Below are positions 60,201 to 64,000 of a stretch of DNA of 64,000 nucleotides, piece by piece. A program made the position numbers and the translations under genes. Below the pieces are notes generated by a model. It saw nothing but the letters and a program-made list of their open reading frames with translations. It was not told where the DNA came from and ran no database searches. The stretch is taken from contig NIVC01000563.1 in NCBI GenBank assembly GCA_002269645.1, positions 124,001-188,000 on the forward strand, given 5' to 3'. Source of the stretch: Macrostomum lignano (taxonomy: Eukaryota). Each line of letters opens with the position of its first letter. Position 1 is the stretch's first letter.

Positions 60201-63200
60201 TTGGTTGTGACCGCGGTTGCCAAGGGGCATTTTGTAGCTGGTGCAGCCGGCAGCCAGGCCAACGAGTTGGTTGCCGCAGCAGATGCCGAACGCGGGCTCG
60301 TTGCGGGTGTTGATCACCTGGCATCAGCGGTTGCAGGGTTAGTTAGGATACTCAACAGGCCTACATTTAGTATGAGTGACTCGGTTACCAAATTGGTCAG
60401 TAACTTTATTCCATGATGTATTTAGTTTTGAAACTAAATTGGTCACTAATTTAGACACGACATTGGTCACTGATTGGGATACCAAATTTGGACACTAAAA
60501 AGTCACTGATTTTTTTACTAAATAGTCACTGATTTGGATACTAAATTGGTCACTGATTCGGACACGAAATACTTCTGGTCACTGATTCGGACACGAAATA
60601 CTTGTAGTCACTGATTTGGACACAAAAAAGTTAGTCACTGATTTGGACACGAAGTTGGTCACTGATTTGGACACTAAATTGGTCACTGATTTGGACACTA
60701 AATTGGTCACTGATTCGGACACTAAATTGGTCACTGATTTGAACACAAAATTGGTCACTGATTTAGACACTAAATTGGTCACTGATTTGGACACCAAATT
60801 AGTCACTGATTTGGACACCAAATTAGTCACTGATTTGGACACGAAGTTGGTCACTGATTTGGACACTGTATTGGTCACTGATTTGGACACGAAGTTGGTC
60901 ACTGATTTGGACACTAAATTGGTCACTGATTTGGACACTAAATTGGTCACTGATTTGGACACCAAATTGGTCACTGATTTGGACACGAAGTTGGTCACTG
61001 ATTTGGACACTAAATTGGTCACTGATTCGGACACGAAATACTTCTGGTCACTGATTCGGACACGAAATACTTGTAGTCACTGATTTGGACACAAAAAAGT
61101 TAGTCACTGATTTGGACACGAAGTTGGTCACTGATTTGGACACTAAATTGGTCACTGATTTGGACACGAAGTTGGTCACTGATTTGGACACTAAATTGGT
61201 CACTGATTTGGACACTAAATTGGTCACTGATTCGGACACTAAATTGGTCACTGATTTGGACACCAAATTAGTCACTGATTTGGACACGAAGTTGGTCACT
61301 GATTTGGACACTGTATTGGTCACTGATTTGGACACGAAGTTGGTCACTGATTTGGACACTAAATTGGTCACTGATTTGGACACTAAATTGGTCACTGATT
61401 TGGACACCAAATTGGTCACTGATTTGGACACGAAGTTGGTCACTGATTTAGACACGAAGTTGGTCACTGATTCGGGCACGAAATACTTCTGGTCACTGAT
61501 TCGGACACGAAATACTTGTAGTCACTGATTTGGACACAAAAAAGTTATTCACTGATTTGGACATTGTATTGGTCACTGATTTGGACACTGTATTGGTCAC
61601 TGATTTGGACACTGTATTGGTCACTGATTTGGACACGAAGTTGGTCACTGATTTGGACACTATATTGGTCACTGATTTGGACACTGTATTGGTCACTGAT
61701 TTGGACACTAAATTGGTCACTGATTTGGACACGAAGTTTGTCACTGATTTGGACACTAAATTAGTCACTGGTTTGGACACTAAATTGGTCACTGATTTTG
61801 ACACAAAGTTGGTCACTGATTTGGGCACGAAGTTGGTCACTGATTTGGACACGAAGTAAGTCACTGATTTGGACACGAAGTAAGTCACTGATTTGGACAC
61901 GAAGTAAGTCACTGATTTGGACACGAAGTAAGTCACTGATTTGGACACGAAGTAAGTCACTAATTTGGACACGAAATTGGTCACTGATTTGTTCACTAAA
62001 TTGGTCACTGATCTGGCCAATAAATTGGTCACTGATTTGGACACTAAATTGGTCACTGATTTGGACACTAAATTGGTCACTGATTTGTTCACTAAATTGG
62101 TCACTGATCTGGTCAATAAATTGGTCACTGATTTGGACACTAAGTTGGTCACTGATGTAAACACTAATTTGGTGACTAAGTTAGCCAATAGTTTAATCAC
62201 AAATATTTAATTGCTTCCTCTAAGCCATAACATGACAATAATTATTTAGTTGAAAGCCACAGTCAGATACAAGCGCACCTTGCGAATATTATCGATGGTA
62301 GTTTTAATCAGGGCCGGATCGCCGGGCCCGTTAGTGATGAACAGTCCGTCGTACGGCTCCTCGGTGAAGTCGTAGTCCCAGGGTACCAGGTGGACTTCGG
62401 CACCTCTGGCGCACAGCATTTTAATCATGTTGTGCTTCACTCCGCAGTCCACGGCCACTATCTTGTGCGGATTGCCCTTGCCGAATATGCGCACCTCTTT
62501 GGTGGACACCTTGGAAGGCGAGGGCGAAGGCGCATGCTCATAGAACTCGTACTCTATTGAGAATTACGGATGCTACGATTGTTGACGATTAAAGATTCAC
62601 GCCTACGAATGACCTACAATACCCTGCAATGCGAGCAGGGTCTCCGTACACCCCTGCTTGCGATATAACAACCTAGGAATCCAGCCAAAGCCTTGGAGTA
62701 GAAAATATCTTCTTTTTTCTTTTCTTTCGTTTCCTTTTGTTGGATTCAAATTAACAGGTTTTACAGGTTCAAGTTTACACATTCAGCTAATATAGTCGTA
62801 GTAGCCTACTTAAAATACCCTTAGAAATCGTCAAACTAATTAAAAAAGCACAAAGAAGTCACACCTCGGCAGTGAGATTCCTCAAATTGGGATTGTCAAA
62901 CTCGGCCAGAGGCTGGTCAGAGAATTCAATCTTGCCCAGCAGGGTGCCGCGATCGCGAATCCGCTTAGTCAGCAGTCGGGTGTCGATGCCCGACAAGGCC
63001 GGGACGCCTTCGCGCTTCAGCCAATGGGACAGCGAGTGGGCCGACTTCCAATGGCTGTGATCCACGGAGTAGTCCTGAGAGAAAATCCATGGGGCTGAGT
63101 TTGTTGCATACATTCATACACTTGACACACTCATGAGACACTCGATGAGACACTCAATGAGACACTCAATGAGATACTCGATGAGACGCTCAATGAGACA

Positions 63201-64000
63201 CTCAATGAGATACTCGATGAGACGCTCAATGAGACACTCAATGAGATACTCGATGAGATACTCGATGAGATACTCGATGAGACACTCAATGAGACGCTCA
63301 ATGAGACACTCAATGAGATACTCGATGAGATACTCGATGAGATACTCGATGAGACACTCAATGAGACACTCAATGAGATACTCGATGAGACGCTCAATGA
63401 GACACTCAATGAGACACCCACTAGACACCCATGAGACCCTAAATAAGAAACCCATGAGATATTCAATAGGACACCCATGAGACACCCAATAAGACACCCA
63501 TGAGACACCCAATAAGACACCTATGAGACACTCAAAAAGACGCCTATGAGACACTCACTAAGACACCCATGAGACACTCACTAAGACACCCATGAGACAC
63601 CTAATAAGACACCCATGAGACACCCAATAAGACACCCATGAGACACCCAATAAGACACAGGGGCACAAAAATCAGGCATCCATGAGCCACCCAGATTCCG
63701 CACCTGCACAATCAGGCCAGTCACGTGAACGGCATCGGATTCGACATTCAATCGCAGCCCGTTTTCGTCAACCGCTTGCGTGTCGGGCACTCCGTAATTT
63801 CCCACAATGGGATAAGTGAGCACCAGGATCTGGCCGCGGTAGCTGGGATCAGTGAGAGACTCCGGGTAGCCGGTCAGGCCGGTGTTGAACACGACTTCGC
63901 CAGACGAGGAGCGGTCGGCGCCGAACGAATAGCCGCTAAACTCGGTGCCGTCCTCAAGCACTAGGCGAGCTTTATTCGGCAGCACTAGACGACGAGCGAC
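48208..64000 (-). CDS. cps1: Carbamoyl-phosphate synthetase, CPS1/CPS III (urea-cycle type) architecture, 5'-partial: GATase + CPSase + MGS-like domain, no DHOase/ATCase
   Basis: Exons >64000-63704, 63074-62865, 62509-62279, 60317-59682, 58889-58515, 57834-57368, 56719-56116, 55504-55064, 54806-54504, 53704-53441, 51212-51021, 49917-49624, 48321-48208 (TAG), about 1475 aa in the window. Motifs: [112 protein letters not shown]. Confidence 0.95.
48440..49575. repeat. 22-bp minisatellite (ATGCTAACCTGTTAGACAGGTC), about 51 copies
   Basis: Read directly; contains the internal dyad ACCTGT-TAG-ACAGGT. Confidence 0.95.
49950..50965. repeat. 22-bp minisatellite (AGCTAATGAGTCATTCACTATT) with higher-order blocks
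   Basis: The marker GACAAATTAACTATTAGCTC recurs at about 50003, 50256, 50465 and 50741. Confidence 0.9.
51648..53072 (-). mobile_element. Internally deleted P-superfamily (THAP9-like transposase) DNA transposon in a CPS intron
   Basis: TIRs CACAGACAATATAGAATAT / CACAGACCATATAGAATAT (reverse complement of the right end). Flanks AGTGCAAC (51640-51647) and GGTGCAAC (53073-53080) form an 8-bp TSD with one mismatch. Subterminal inverted motif TCGATCGATATGTGG. Broken minus-strand transposase remnants: [50 protein letters not shown], and C-terminal FYIRIRMKK...[13 protein letters not shown]. Confidence 0.8.
53838..54455. repeat. Minisatellite of about 28 bp, same family as 46985-47420
   Basis: Read directly. 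Confidence 0.92.
55575..56092. repeat. 30/39-bp minisatellite (GCTACCTCATCCCAATGTCCTCTGGTACAT)
   Basis: Read directly. Confidence 0.9.
56783..57360 (+). repeat. 18-bp minisatellite (GGGGTCACAGGGATGCCA)
   Basis: Read directly; an inverted relative lies at 57975-58312. Confidence 0.93.
57975..58312 (-). repeat. 18-bp minisatellite (CCCCTGTGACCCCTAGCA), inverted relative of 56783-57360
   Basis: Its reverse complement TGCTAGGGGTCACAGGG matches TGCCAGGGGTCACAGGG with one mismatch. Confidence 0.9.
59020..59332. repeat. Minisatellite of about 23 bp (AAGAATCTGAGCACTCCCAAGTT)
   Basis: Read directly; abuts the tail of SINE copy C. Confidence 0.85.
59336..59639 (-). mobile_element. tRNA-derived CORE-like SINE, family 1, copy C
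   Basis: Starts GGGGCTGTAGCCTAGTGGTTAG (tRNA-like 5' end), has the same body as copies A and B and an (ATT)n tail. It lies about 40 nt into the intron after the CPS donor at 59681. Confidence 0.85.
60430..62180. repeat. 24-bp minisatellite (TGGTCACTGATTTGGACACTAAAT) with higher-order blocks of about 445-470 bp
   Basis: Read directly; explains the TKLVTDLD / SKSVTNLV ORFs. Confidence 0.95.
63128..63660. repeat. 12-bp-based minisatellite (ATGAGACACTCA / ATGAGATACTCG / ATGAGACACCC)
   Basis: Read directly. Confidence 0.9.

Noticed and set aside
62631-62676. Helitron-like 3' hairpin followed by CTAG
   Set aside because: CTAG is followed by G rather than the expected T, no 5' end is identifiable, and there is only one copy.

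Overview
Eukaryotic (animal) genomic DNA. GC-rich exons are separated by introns largely filled with minisatellites. This style suggests a free-living flatworm such as Macrostomum, which is an inference and not verified. I reconstructed four spliced genes by hand with GT-AG boundaries and consistent phases: (1) the 3' part of an invertebrate LRRK/lrk-1-type Roco kinase (+, <1-12887); (2) an orexin/allatotropin-receptor-like class A GPCR (-, 18773-28279); (3) an NWD2-like DUF4062-NACHT-WD40 protein of about 1828 aa ending in a CaaX box (-, 30922-46323); (4) a stand-alone, CPS1/CPS III-type carbamoyl-phosphate synthetase that keeps the glutaminase Cys and the NAG-site residues (-, 48208->64000). 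Mobile DNA comprises three copies of a tRNA-derived CORE-like SINE, a second tRNA-headed SINE-like family and an internally deleted P-superfamily transposon with TIRs and an 8-bp TSD. The least explained structure is the relation between minisatellites and splicing. Several arrays start at, or consist of, copies of splice sites (AG|GT). In at least two cases the same minisatellite brackets one exon in inverted orientation, a geometry predicted to fold the pre-mRNA around that exon. There is no CRISPR array or prokaryotic system. Most long ORFs in the supplied track are translations of repeats.
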